DNA of 64,000 bases from Candidatus Nitrosomirales archaeon. Its GTDB lineage: Archaea > Thermoproteota > Nitrososphaeria > Nitrososphaerales > UBA213. A program made the translations under genes and the position numbers. The notes beneath the pieces are model-generated. The model saw only the letters and a list, made by a program, of their open reading frames with translations, had not been told where the DNA came from and did not search any database. Below are positions 1 through 8,004 of the stretch, piece by piece. The first letter of the stretch is position 1. Every line of letters starts with the position of its first letter. The stretch is taken from contig JBMCYV010000011.1 in NCBI GenBank assembly GCA_049199595.1, positions 7,851 through 71,850 of the forward strand, given 5' to 3'.

Positions 1-380
1 ACTGTATCAGCTTCAAAATACCCTATCGGTTTTGAGTGAACATTCAGGTCAGGAATAACAAAATCGTATTTTTCACCATGTATTTCACTAATCAGGTGGA
101 TAGTCACTGTATCACCCTTCACCACATCTATCGTTGGACTATTATGACCAGCCGCCAATGACTTCTTGCCAACATTGCCTATGCCAACAAATGCTACGCC
201 CTGTGCGGTATTGCTTATCTTCATGGAGAAGTTTTTTGCACCGGCAACAGGGAGAATACTTGTTCTCGATGCAAAGCCAAAGTATGAAATGCTACCAACA
301 ATCGCAATAACCACGCCCAAAACGATTAGTTTGGTAGTAGGAAATTTCTTGTGTTTGACCCTTCTCATGAGATGCACCAT
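1..380 (-). CDS. cupredoxin-like protein with N-terminal membrane anchor (partial; 3' end outside the window)
   Basis: This ORF is missing from the track because it runs off the left edge. A reverse-strand ATG at 380 opens a stop-free frame down to position 1 (MVHLMRRVKHKKFPTTKLIVLGVVIAIVGSISYFGF...PTIDVVKGDTVTIHLISEIHGEKYDFVIPDLNVHSKPIGYFEADT). It has a TM helix followed by a beta-rich segment resembling plastocyanin/cupredoxin strands. The + strand ORF 166..423 is its antisense shadow. Confidence 0.55.
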   Translation of the reverse strand, partial: MVHLMRRVKHKKFPTTKLIVLGVVIAIVGSISYFGFASRTSILPVAGAKNFSMKISNTAQGVAFVGIGNVGKKSLAAGHNSPTIDVVKGDTVTIHLISEIHGEKYDFVIPDLNVHSKPIGYFEADT

Positions 381-442
381 GTTATTGTCAAACATAAATG
401 TATCTTCTACTAGCGAATTGTAAAACTGCATTTATTCGACCA

Positions 443-1015
443 TTATAGTTCTAGCTGGAAAGTATATGCGCCGCCAGCACCATATGCAGATGCTATAAGC
501 AACCTCGTAAGAAATTGTAGCATATCATCTGAGAATGTATGCGATGAACCTAGGAAGAATATAACAGGCAGCGAAGCAAGCGATATTGCGCCAACCATCA
601 GCTGCTCAGAAAAACTCGCACCACTGACCTTCCGTGTAACCAGATATGTTGATGTATTTCCCAGCCCTATTCCAAGGAGGATCAAATCCAAGTAATAATT
701 AGGAAATATGGATATAAGCACAAAAGGAACTGCCCAGCACGCACCAGCTACTATCTTCATTCTCAATGACCACTGGACGCTCTGCATGAACCTCCCCCTC
801 ATAGCTTTAAACATATGCGGATATCTGAAAACAAAAGCGGAAATCGTGCCTGCAAGTATTCCTATCCAGATTATAGGATAAAAGTAATACGCGAAATGAT
901 AGAGAAATGCTATCTCCGTTAATGATGATGCGGCAGCAACGCCAATTGCAATGCTGATGAAAAACATTCCAAAGGCACGCCTAACTGCACCGACACTATA
1001 ACCCATGCTACACAT
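443..1015 (-). CDS. polytopic membrane protein, function unknown
   Basis: 190-aa ORF with about 5-6 hydrophobic helices (FFISIAIGVAAASS, YPIIWIGILAGTISAFVF, IVAGACWAVPFVLISIF, LILLGIGLGN, VGAISLASLPVIFFLG). I recognise no family motif. Confidence 0.55.
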   Translation of the reverse strand: MCSMGYSVGAVRRAFGMFFISIAIGVAAASSLTEIAFLYHFAYYFYPIIWIGILAGTISAFVFRYPHMFKAMRGRFMQSVQWSLRMKIVAGACWAVPFVLISIFPNYYLDLILLGIGLGNTSTYLVTRKVSGASFSEQLMVGAISLASLPVIFFLGSSHTFSDDMLQFLTRLLIASAYGAGGAYTFQLEL

Positions 1016-1128
1016 TCCGAGGTACTGATATTAATTCTAACCTACTTTCCCTTTATAACCATCTGAATTGCATTCATGAGATGTAAGATTATTATTTCTG
1101 TTCAGGTTTATAGGAAAGAGGAGAAACC

Positions 1129-1977
1129 TTGGACACAAAGAATGCAGTAATTGGCGCTGTTATTGTTGTGTTGGCAATTTCAGCGATAATGAATTACATG
1201 CTATACAATCAGGTTCGACATTTGGATCAACAAGTATCAACTCTTCAGAGCGAGATGAATGTTCAAAATACGGAGTCTCAGACGCAGAACAAAACTCAGA
1301 ACCAAGAGAAACCTGCTTACGAGTTAAGCACAGACAATGAAAGCAAGAAGAGTATAACAGCTGTTGCCGTTAGGCAGATACCAACAAATGACTTCTTTCA
1401 GAGTTATACCTTTGAAGGAACGACTATGAAGATAACTGTGGAAATAAAGGCCGGAGATGGAAAGATCCTTGTCAATACAGCTACGGCGACTGGGGTAGAT
1501 TTCCAGTCCTCTGCAAGGACTGCTGTTGAAACTGCTCAAAATATCGCTAATATAGACCTGTCAGGTAGCGATGTAATATTTTCCATAGAATCGGAATCAG
1601 ACATACAAGCCGTGGACGGTCCGAGTGCTGGAGGAGCCATGACTGTATTGCTAATATCAGAACTAACGCATAGAGATATCAGAACCGATGTTCTTATGAC
1701 AGGTACTATAAATCCAGATGGAAGTGTTGGCAGAGTTGGCGGCATTATGGAAAAAGCAGATGCCGCCGGGAAGTATGGAGCAAAAATATTTTTGGTTCCC
1801 GATAAGCAGAGCACAGTTAAAGTAGAATCATGCGAGGAAAAGAAGGTTGGACCGGCACTTTATAGAACCTGCAAGTTCGAGCCAGCAAATTTGTCTGAGA
1901 TAACCCATGATAAGTATGGAATGGATGTGATCGAGATCAAGAACATTCAGGAAGCATTGTCATACTTCACAGAATAA
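1129..1977 (+). CDS. membrane-anchored Lon-like (S16) serine protease domain protein
   Basis: N-terminal TM helix (AVIGAVIVVLAISAIMNYML), then a Lon C-terminal proteolytic domain signature: DGPSAGGAMTVLLISELT...MTGTINPDGSVGRVGGIMEKADAAGKYGAKIFLVP (Ser in GPSAG, Lys in GGIxEK). The start codon is TTG. Confidence 0.8.
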   Translation: MDTKNAVIGAVIVVLAISAIMNYMLYNQVRHLDQQVSTLQSEMNVQNTESQTQNKTQNQEKPAYELSTDNESKKSITAVAVRQIPTNDFFQSYTFEGTTMKITVEIKAGDGKILVNTATATGVDFQSSARTAVETAQNIANIDLSGSDVIFSIESESDIQAVDGPSAGGAMTVLLISELTHRDIRTDVLMTGTINPDGSVGRVGGIMEKADAAGKYGAKIFLVPDKQSTVKVESCEEKKVGPALYRTCKFEPANLSEITHDKYGMDVIEIKNIQEALSYFTE

Positions 1978-2094
1978 TAGACGAGTTTGCTAGTTTCATA
2001 CTAATACTTCGAGTATTAACTAGCCTCGATAACCAGAACTATCGCGTACTATCAATAATCTCATTTTCCTCAAACATAAATAAAAAACTGAATT

Positions 2095-2466
2095 CTATCG
2101 ACTTTTGATCACTGATTCTTCCTTTTTCTTCCTGCTCATTACAAAGAACGCGGCAGCAACGCCACCAAATATCGTTCCTATTATTGCCACGAACGTACCC
2201 ATCTCACCAAAGGTTCTGCCTAGCATTGCTGTACCTGAACCATAGGCACCGGTCTGTTGTGCGCTGGTGATCCGCTCCTTTGCCAGTATCGTATTTTCAG
2301 TACACGCAAATACGGGGATGCCCAACTGCGTGCATTGTTTGATCTGCTCGGGAGTAGCTACTTGAGCTCCCCCTCCAGGCGAGCCACCATACTGTGCAAA
2401 GGCCGGGATGTAAACTGCAGCTCCTAGCACTGCAATCAAACTCAGAGCGTATACGATTTCTCTCAT
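2095..2466 (-). CDS. small exported protein with C-terminal TM anchor
   Basis: I trimmed the track ORF 2095..2529 to the ATG at 2466 (MREIVYALSLIAVLGAAVYIPAFAQ, a signal-peptide-like N-terminus). The upstream 21 codons of the track ORF are the translated promoter element (copy A). The C-terminus is FVAIIGTIFGGVAAAFFVMSRKKKEE, a TM helix with a basic tail. Confidence 0.6.
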   Translation of the reverse strand: MREIVYALSLIAVLGAAVYIPAFAQYGGSPGGGAQVATPEQIKQCTQLGIPVFACTENTILAKERITSAQQTGAYGSGTAMLGRTFGEMGTFVAIIGTIFGGVAAAFFVMSRKKKEESVIKSR

Positions 2467-2497
2467 TGCATTCATAATAACACATGTAAAACTAAAA

Positions 2498-2531
2498 GCC
2501 CTTACGCACCTAAAGAGCGCTTCAATCATGC
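2498..2531 (-). promoter_or_regulatory. conserved upstream element, copy A
   Basis: Read on the minus strand: GCATGATTGAAGCGCTCTTTAGGTGCGTAAGGGC. A T-rich TATA-like box follows, and ATG 2466 lies 35 nt after the GTAA. It matches copies B and C at 27/30 positions each. Confidence 0.65.
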
Positions 2532-2558
2532 ATATTATCTTAGTTGATGTAACTTTGG

Positions 2559-2747
2559 TTACGCATATTCAACTAATACCTTTTTCTGCCGAGATTCTTC
2601 CGTGCAAACTCTTTGACTCACAATGACCTTCTGAATAGTTATCTTAGCATTACACTGTGGGCAATTTTTTTTGTTCTTTGCAAAATATGTCGCAAGCCAA
2701 AAACATTCTGGACATAGTGCAAATGAAACCTGCTTTGCATCTTGCAT
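2559..2747 (-). CDS. small zinc-ribbon protein
   Basis: 62-aa ORF with two CxxC pairs (CPEC ... CPQC). Confidence 0.5.
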   Translation of the reverse strand: MQDAKQVSFALCPECFWLATYFAKNKKNCPQCNAKITIQKVIVSQRVCTEESRQKKVLVEYA

Positions 2748-3011
2748 TATAATCTAATAGCAATCAAACTTAAAATGTGTTGTGTACAAATAGAGAGTCC
2801 TTATGATGCACAATGTCTTTTAATTTGTTTTATTATATTATATCACACCGTTAAAACCCCAGCAGAATGACAGCCAGACTTAAGAAAGGAAAACCCAGCT
2901 AGGTGGGGAGGCAAAAAATGCCTCTCCACATTATGACATTACAACACAAAACACATTTTACAACATGAGTTATTTGTTCAAATAAAAAAATAATATGTTT
3001 GGTTCTTGCTT

Positions 3012-3287
3012 CTAGAACCTTACATATGGTGGTAGGATCAGAACTCGACCCTGACCCATTCGTGCAAGTCCAAATCCCTCATCGACAACATGTGAGTGCA
3101 GTTCTCGCAACGCGTATTCAGTCTGCTCAAAACTCTTCTTCAAAATCGGCAACATGCTTACGATAAGGATTCTGTCTCCTCTCATCTCGTCCTTGACTTT
3201 CTGCACATCTGCGAGCTTTTCGATCTTCGCGAACTTGAACTCTATGCCCTTGTCGTCTAGCTGTGAAATGTAGGTTTGCTTTTGCAT
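3012..3287 (-). CDS. small cytoplasmic protein, possibly SepF/DUF552-like
   Basis: 91-aa ORF. The pattern KIEKLADVQKVKDEMRGDRILIVSMLPIL...ALRELHSHVVDEGFGLARMGQGRVLILPPYV resembles the SepF core as I remember it (a beta-alpha unit, then a G-rich strand ending in P..V). The family call is tentative. Confidence 0.45.
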   Translation of the reverse strand: MQKQTYISQLDDKGIEFKFAKIEKLADVQKVKDEMRGDRILIVSMLPILKKSFEQTEYALRELHSHVVDEGFGLARMGQGRVLILPPYVRF

Positions 3288-3323
3288 GATAATACAATTA
3301 GCATAAATGATAAAAAGCGTTGT

Positions 3324-3355
3324 GCATGATTGATGCGCTCTTTAGATGAGTAAAC
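3324..3355 (+). promoter_or_regulatory. conserved upstream element, copy B
   Basis: GCATGATTGATGCGCTCTTTAGATGAGTAAAC. The flank AAAAGCGTTGTGCAT is also shared with copy C (AAAAGCATTGCGCAT). The ATG 34 nt after the GTAA is at 3388 and opens a 29-codon ORF. The 144-aa ORF starts 67 nt further on, at 3455. Confidence 0.6.
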
Positions 3356-3454
3356 TTTACTACTGAATTAACATATTATGAACATTGATGATAGATTATA
3401 AGATTAGTCTCTTTGGTAATTTGATAATAACAATTACGAATAACTGTGATAATT

Positions 3455-3889
3455 ATGAAAAGCAACTTGTGCAATGAGTCACCTAATACGAAACAAACAA
3501 TAAAAATATCTACAGCAGATATAGGCGCGCTCCTAAGCGAGTACTCAGAACTTGTACTTTCCTTGAAGACAAGATTCCCGCATACCGATCTAAGATTCCT
3601 TCTGGGACTGATGTCTCACGAATTTCTGTACCCAGAACATGCTCCAACATCGCAGATAGAAATATTCTACAGAGATGATGTGGACCTGAACGCAAAAGGA
3701 GCGTTGTTATCTAAAAGAATTGATAGCGTGCCGGCCGTTTATGATTCTGAGAAACGAGTAGTTATAGAATCTAGACTAGAACTTGACGATATAGGGGAAC
3801 TTGCACAGGATCGTGACATAGAGAGCCTTGCTGGAGAGATAGTTTGCTGTCTTGACACTTTGCTAAACCGTAGAAAATATCTTGTCTGA
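3455..3889 (+). CDS. hypothetical protein
   Basis: Track ORF 3446..3889, trimmed to the first ATG (MKSNLCNESPNT...). No recognisable motif and no signal peptide. Confidence 0.5.
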   Translation: MKSNLCNESPNTKQTIKISTADIGALLSEYSELVLSLKTRFPHTDLRFLLGLMSHEFLYPEHAPTSQIEIFYRDDVDLNAKGALLSKRIDSVPAVYDSEKRVVIESRLELDDIGELAQDRDIESLAGEIVCCLDTLLNRRKYLV

Positions 3890-3998
3890 TTTGAGTTACA
3901 TATAGCAGAAAACCTTTCAGCAAAAATAAGATTGATTCTGTTACTACTTCATATGAAAAGAATGCTAATATAAAAAAAATTGTTAACCTAGCGAAATT

Positions 3999-4661
3999 CT
4001 AGGTTAATTTGCTCATGCTAATACCGCCATCGAATATCCAGTTGTGTCCAGCAACCTTAAGGTCCGAGTGGAAGTTACTCATGTTGCTGACGCTCTGCGT
4101 ACTTGGTGTACTGGGGATACCGCCTGACAGAGCGCCGTCAGCATTCAGCACAAAGTCATTTCCATTTAATGTTAGACCGAATCTCTTGTAGTACACTGCG
4201 GCACCGTTGTTTACTGCGTATGTTTTATCACCTATCTTTACATTGCCCGATTCTACCTGGAACACTACTGCACTAGGATTGTCTCTTATGGATGCTTCAG
4301 CTCTGTGCAAGGATCCCTTTTCCGCTAACACATTCAAGTTGGCAACCTTTATCGTTACTTGGCCACTTATTGGAGCCCATCCATGTGCACTAGGTCCGCT
4401 GGCACCAGATCTAAGGTTAATGCTTGGAGTTACTATATTGGTATGATACCGCGTAAATCCACTAGATGGTGATTCCAACTGTGCTTGACCTGATATTGTT
4501 AACACGTACTCACTTACCTGCTTCGGAGTATTTGGAACGAACTTGTTTTTCATTTCTGGCTTACCATGTGCTGTTACTGCAAATGCAGGTGCCGTTACGA
4601 CAGCAATCATACCAATTAGCATAACAGACATGCTTAATCCAAGGATCACATTTCTTTTCAT
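3999..4661 (-). CDS. exported protein, function unknown
   Basis: I trimmed the track ORF to the ATG at 4661 (MKRNVILGLSMSVMLIGMIAVVTAPAFA, signal/anchor). The track's GTG start lies inside a GGAGGTG Shine-Dalgarno-like box (4677-4671) that sits 9 nt upstream of this ATG. Confidence 0.7.
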   Translation of the reverse strand: MKRNVILGLSMSVMLIGMIAVVTAPAFAVTAHGKPEMKNKFVPNTPKQVSEYVLTISGQAQLESPSSGFTRYHTNIVTPSINLRSGASGPSAHGWAPISGQVTIKVANLNVLAEKGSLHRAEASIRDNPSAVVFQVESGNVKIGDKTYAVNNGAAVYYKRFGLTLNGNDFVLNADGALSGGIPSTPSTQSVSNMSNFHSDLKVAGHNWIFDGGISMSKLT

Positions 4662-4716
4662 TTGTTTATTCACCTCCCTATCATTCGTTTAGCAAAAATA
4701 AAATGAAAAGCATTGC

Positions 4717-4749
4717 GCATTATTGAGACGCTCTTTAGGTGCGTAAGCC
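4717..4749 (+). promoter_or_regulatory. conserved upstream element, copy C
   Basis: GCATTATTGAGACGCTCTTTAGGTGCGTAAGCC, followed by TTTATTAC (TATA-like). ATG 4781 lies 34 nt after the GTAA. Confidence 0.65.
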
Positions 4750-4780
4750 TTTATTACAATTTTAATGAATATATCTTGAG

Positions 4781-5674
4781 ATGAAAACTAAAATTGTCCT
4801 GGCAGTACTAATGTCGATCTTGTTGCCATTGCAAGCAGTCGCCTTCAACGCAGCCTTTGCCGCAAAAACGATGCAGATGCCTGATCAATACTATCCAACT
4901 CTCTTGACGCAATCGACACAATATCCAAATGTAGGATTAAAGTGGATGCCTGATAAGCCATATGCTGGTCAGGAAATAACATTCACAATATCGTTCAAGA
5001 AACCTAGTAACGGTTCACTGCAACCAAACATAGATTACAAATTCGCCATAGCAAAGGATGGTTCCAGTGTATTTACCGTTATGAGGCATTCAAACATGGG
5101 TTCAGATACCATAAAGCAGAAACTTGATAGCGATGGTAAACACATCGTTACAGTAACTATTACAGGCATAGACTTGAAGAAGGTCGATCCAAAAACATCA
5201 GATTTCTCCTTGGTTGTGGTAAAGGCACAGACGCGGAAGCAAACTCCACAAATGCAACAGCAGAAAGAGACTGGGTCAAACATAATGTCACAGATGAGAG
5301 AAGTAAAGAAACCACTGAGAGCAGGTTTAGTTGATGAAAAGGGTAAACACCTAGGCGCTGTGAATATTTTTCAGAAAGATTCACATGCTTTAATCACAGT
5401 ATGGCTACGACCAGTAGGACCTGACGAGCATATTTCAGCTTGGCTAGTTGCTGGCCCAAATGAACAGATAACAAAGAAGTGGAGCCAAGTCGATAGCATG
5501 TCTATGATTAAGATAGGACATGATGAAACCACAAGACATGTAAACGTGTTTAATAAAATACTGAGCTTCGTCCCTGCAAGTGGCGATAAGATAGTTATCA
5601 CCATGGATGACTGCAGCACTGGGCATTGTAAACAGACAACGAATCATATAGCGACTGCAACGTTGAAGATGTAA
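4781..5674 (+). CDS. exported protein, function unknown
   Basis: 297-aa ORF with a signal peptide (MKTKIVLAVLMSILLPLQAVAFNAAFA). No recognisable catalytic motif. Confidence 0.7.
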   Translation: MKTKIVLAVLMSILLPLQAVAFNAAFAAKTMQMPDQYYPTLLTQSTQYPNVGLKWMPDKPYAGQEITFTISFKKPSNGSLQPNIDYKFAIAKDGSSVFTVMRHSNMGSDTIKQKLDSDGKHIVTVTITGIDLKKVDPKTSDFSLVVVKAQTRKQTPQMQQQKETGSNIMSQMREVKKPLRAGLVDEKGKHLGAVNIFQKDSHALITVWLRPVGPDEHISAWLVAGPNEQITKKWSQVDSMSMIKIGHDETTRHVNVFNKILSFVPASGDKIVITMDDCSTGHCKQTTNHIATATLKM

Positions 5675-5752
5675 CAGAAACTCTTTTCTTTTTTTATAAT
5701 TCCAGGATTGCATCGATATGTTATAGTTGCTTCATCTTTCATAGACCCATGG

Positions 5753-5781
5753 ACGATTAGAGCGCTCTTCAAGTTCGGAAC
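5753..5781 (+). promoter_or_regulatory. conserved upstream element, copy D (diverged)
   Basis: ACGATTAGAGCGCTCTTCAAGTTCGGAAC aligns to ATTGAAGCGCTCTTTAGGTGCGTAAG of copy A at about 20/27 positions. CATTAATAATT (TATA-like) follows, and ATG 5813 lies 32 nt after the GGAA. Confidence 0.5.
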
Positions 5782-5812
5782 ATTAATAATTCTCCGAAGA
5801 AGTCATAAAATT

Positions 5813-6547
5813 ATGGTGCTGCAGTATCCTTTTTTTCCTGAGCAAGCATCTAACATACCTCTAAACGACGACTTGTTCTTTGTAACTGTCTTTTCTGCTA
5901 TATTGGCATTCCTAGTTGCATTTCGTGTCTTCAAATTCTATAAGCTAGCTGGCATGAGCGCCCTCCTCGGTATGCCTGTTGGGTTCGCGTTCTTGGCAGC
6001 ATCATACATGCTGGTCAACACAGATCTATGGGTTCACGATGGTACAGAATTAGATGGTGTAATAGACTGGGTGTCATTGGTCATCCTGAGTTATAGTTTC
6101 TCGCTTATGGCAATCTCATATCATTACAGATCAGCTGATTTCCACGATGGTGCTAGACTGGTCAGAGTAATGTCATATGCGATAATTCCACTCATGGGTT
6201 TATTGATGACAGTTGTTCTTTCAACATCTGAACAAAGGGAACTGGTTCCCTTTCAAATAGCAGACGAATATTTTGCCATATTCAATATGGCTGCGATTGG
6301 GTACATATTATTAAAATCTGTTAGAGGTATTCTCACTGATGGAACCACAAGGCCGATGTATATTCCAGTTGCGTTCGCGCTTTTGTGGATAGGACAATTC
6401 CTAGCATTTGCATCTGCGGTGAGTGGGGAACTAACAGAGATCATCATGCCAGAGGCAGCAAGTCTAGCAGGGTTACTTATCTTTACATACACATTGTACA
6501 GTCGCGTGTTAAGGGGTGGTAAGGTTGCCAAGAGAGCGACGCCATAG
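5813..6547 (+). CDS. polytopic membrane protein, function unknown
   Basis: I trimmed the track ORF 5708..6547 to ATG 5813 (MVLQYPFFPEQ...), because the first 35 codons cover element D and the TATA box. About 7 hydrophobic helices. Confidence 0.65.
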   Translation: MVLQYPFFPEQASNIPLNDDLFFVTVFSAILAFLVAFRVFKFYKLAGMSALLGMPVGFAFLAASYMLVNTDLWVHDGTELDGVIDWVSLVILSYSFSLMAISYHYRSADFHDGARLVRVMSYAIIPLMGLLMTVVLSTSEQRELVPFQIADEYFAIFNMAAIGYILLKSVRGILTDGTTRPMYIPVAFALLWIGQFLAFASAVSGELTEIIMPEAASLAGLLIFTYTLYSRVLRGGKVAKRATP

Positions 6548-6803
6548 GCTTCAGATTTACCGTGAGATATTATCAGCTGTAGAGCTAGAGATGATGAACG
6601 ATGGTAATGTTAGACCAACGAGGGTGCAGCACCTTGCGAACATGTCATATGATAAACTGAAGAAATATCTTCTTGAACTCGATAAGTATGGTCTTTTAAG
6701 CATGAAAGATTCAATTATACAGATGACTGACAGAGGTCGCGAATTTTTAAAAAGTTACGATAATCTGGTCAACTTCATGCACACGATGGGTCTTGACTAC
6801 TAG
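6516..6803 (+). CDS. small winged-helix DNA-binding protein
   Basis: 95 aa. RLQIYREILSAVE...RPTRVQHLANMSYDKLKKYLLELDKYGLLSMKD..IQMTDRGREFL fits helix-turn-helix plus wing. Same layout as ORFs 17623..17898 and 59851..60207. GTG/TTG start overlaps the upstream gene end. Confidence 0.7.
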   Translation: MVRLPRERRHRLQIYREILSAVELEMMNDGNVRPTRVQHLANMSYDKLKKYLLELDKYGLLSMKDSIIQMTDRGREFLKSYDNLVNFMHTMGLDY

Positions 6804-6843
6804 CACAAGAAAGTTATTATAATTCAGATCCGTCAAATTTGTA

Positions 6844-8004
6844 TTGCTGAGCCAAGAGGTACTTGATCATGTATTATTAGGTAGAGAGATCAGAAGAGAG
6901 GAAGCGTACGCATTAATGCACTGTAATGCCGATCAACTGTGTGAACTCGCATACCGAATTAGGAAAGACGCAAAAGGTAGCCTAGTAACATACTCTAGAA
7001 AGGTCTTCATACCGCTGACAAACCTGTGCAGAGACACATGTTCGTACTGCACGTACAAAAGAGAACCAACTGACCCGAGAGGAATAATGATGAAACCCGA
7101 ACAGGTTTTGCAGGTTGCAGAAGGAGGAAAGAAGGCAAAGTGCACTGAAGCATTGTTCATGACAGGCGAAAGACCTGAACAGAAGTATGATGAAGCTAGA
7201 CAATGGTTGAAATCTCTTGGTTATTCAGGCACGCTTGAATACATTATACAGATGAGCGAACTTGTACTAAAGAAGACAGGACTTTTTCCTCACACAAATC
7301 CTGGCAATATGACGACAGAAGAGATGTTAGCATTAAAGCAATCAAATCCCAGCCTTGGAATGATGCTTGAGAATGTAAGTGAGAGGCTATGCGGAAAGGA
7401 CATGCCCCATGAGCTGGCTCCAAGCAAGAATCCAAAGGTCAGACTCAAGACGATTGAAAACGCGGGGAAGCTAAAGATACCATTTACAACAGGTCTTCTT
7501 GTCGGTATGGGGGAAACACCATACGAACTTGTCGATTCATTGTTTGCTATCAAGGAACTACACGCAAAGTATGGTCATATTCAGGAAGTGATCATACAAA
7601 ACTTCAGTCCCAAGCCAGATACTCCAATGGCTTGTGCTCCAACACCGACGTTGAACTACATGCTGAAGGCTGTTGCAGTTGCTAGGGTAATAATGCCCAG
7701 CATGAACATACAGGTTCCTCCAAACCTTAACCCTAGTCATTATGGTAAGTATCTGGATGCTGGTATAAACGATTGGGGAGGAATATCTCCTGTTACGATT
7801 GATCATGTAAATCCAGAATTCGCGTGGCCAAGAATTGATGATGTTAAATCTGCAACTGAAAGAAAGGGATTTGTCTTTAGAGCTAGGTTGCCAGTTTATC
7901 CAAAATATATCAACAAAGAATTTCTTTCCGATAATGTTATGGACCATGTTGAAGCTATCGCGGATGCGCAAGGACTTGTAAAGGAGGAATATTTGCGTGA
8001 CTGA
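6844..8004 (+). CDS. cofG: FO synthase subunit 1 (7,8-didemethyl-8-hydroxy-5-deazariboflavin synthase, CofG)
   Basis: Radical-SAM box CRDTCSYCTY, length 386 aa, and an 8-nt overlap with its paralogous CofH partner. CofG/CofH family similarity runs along the whole protein. Confidence 0.9.
   Translation: MLSQEVLDHVLLGREIRREEAYALMHCNADQLCELAYRIRKDAKGSLVTYSRKVFIPLTNLCRDTCSYCTYKREPTDPRGIMMKPEQVLQVAEGGKKAKCTEALFMTGERPEQKYDEARQWLKSLGYSGTLEYIIQMSELVLKKTGLFPHTNPGNMTTEEMLALKQSNPSLGMMLENVSERLCGKDMPHELAPSKNPKVRLKTIENAGKLKIPFTTGLLVGMGETPYELVDSLFAIKELHAKYGHIQEVIIQNFSPKPDTPMACAPTPTLNYMLKAVAVARVIMPSMNIQVPPNLNPSHYGKYLDAGINDWGGISPVTIDHVNPEFAWPRIDDVKSATERKGFVFRARLPVYPKYINKEFLSDNVMDHVEAIADAQGLVKEEYLRD

Noticed and set aside
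166-423. Track ORF (+, 85 aa) at the left edge
   Set aside because: It is antisense to a much better, edge-truncated minus-strand frame (1..380) that has a TM helix and a cupredoxin-like segment. The composition of the + frame is unprotein-like.
2772-2961. Inverted repeat TAAAATGTGTT(..)GTGT at 2771-2787 versus 2941-2961, enclosing ~150 bp with a GGAGGCA/TGCCTCT hairpin (about 2905-2927); possible MITE or small RNA
   Set aside because: Only 11 bp match perfectly in AT-rich sequence. There are no target-site duplications and no second copy in the window, so chance cannot be excluded. It is worth an Rfam or repeat scan but is not supported as a feature.
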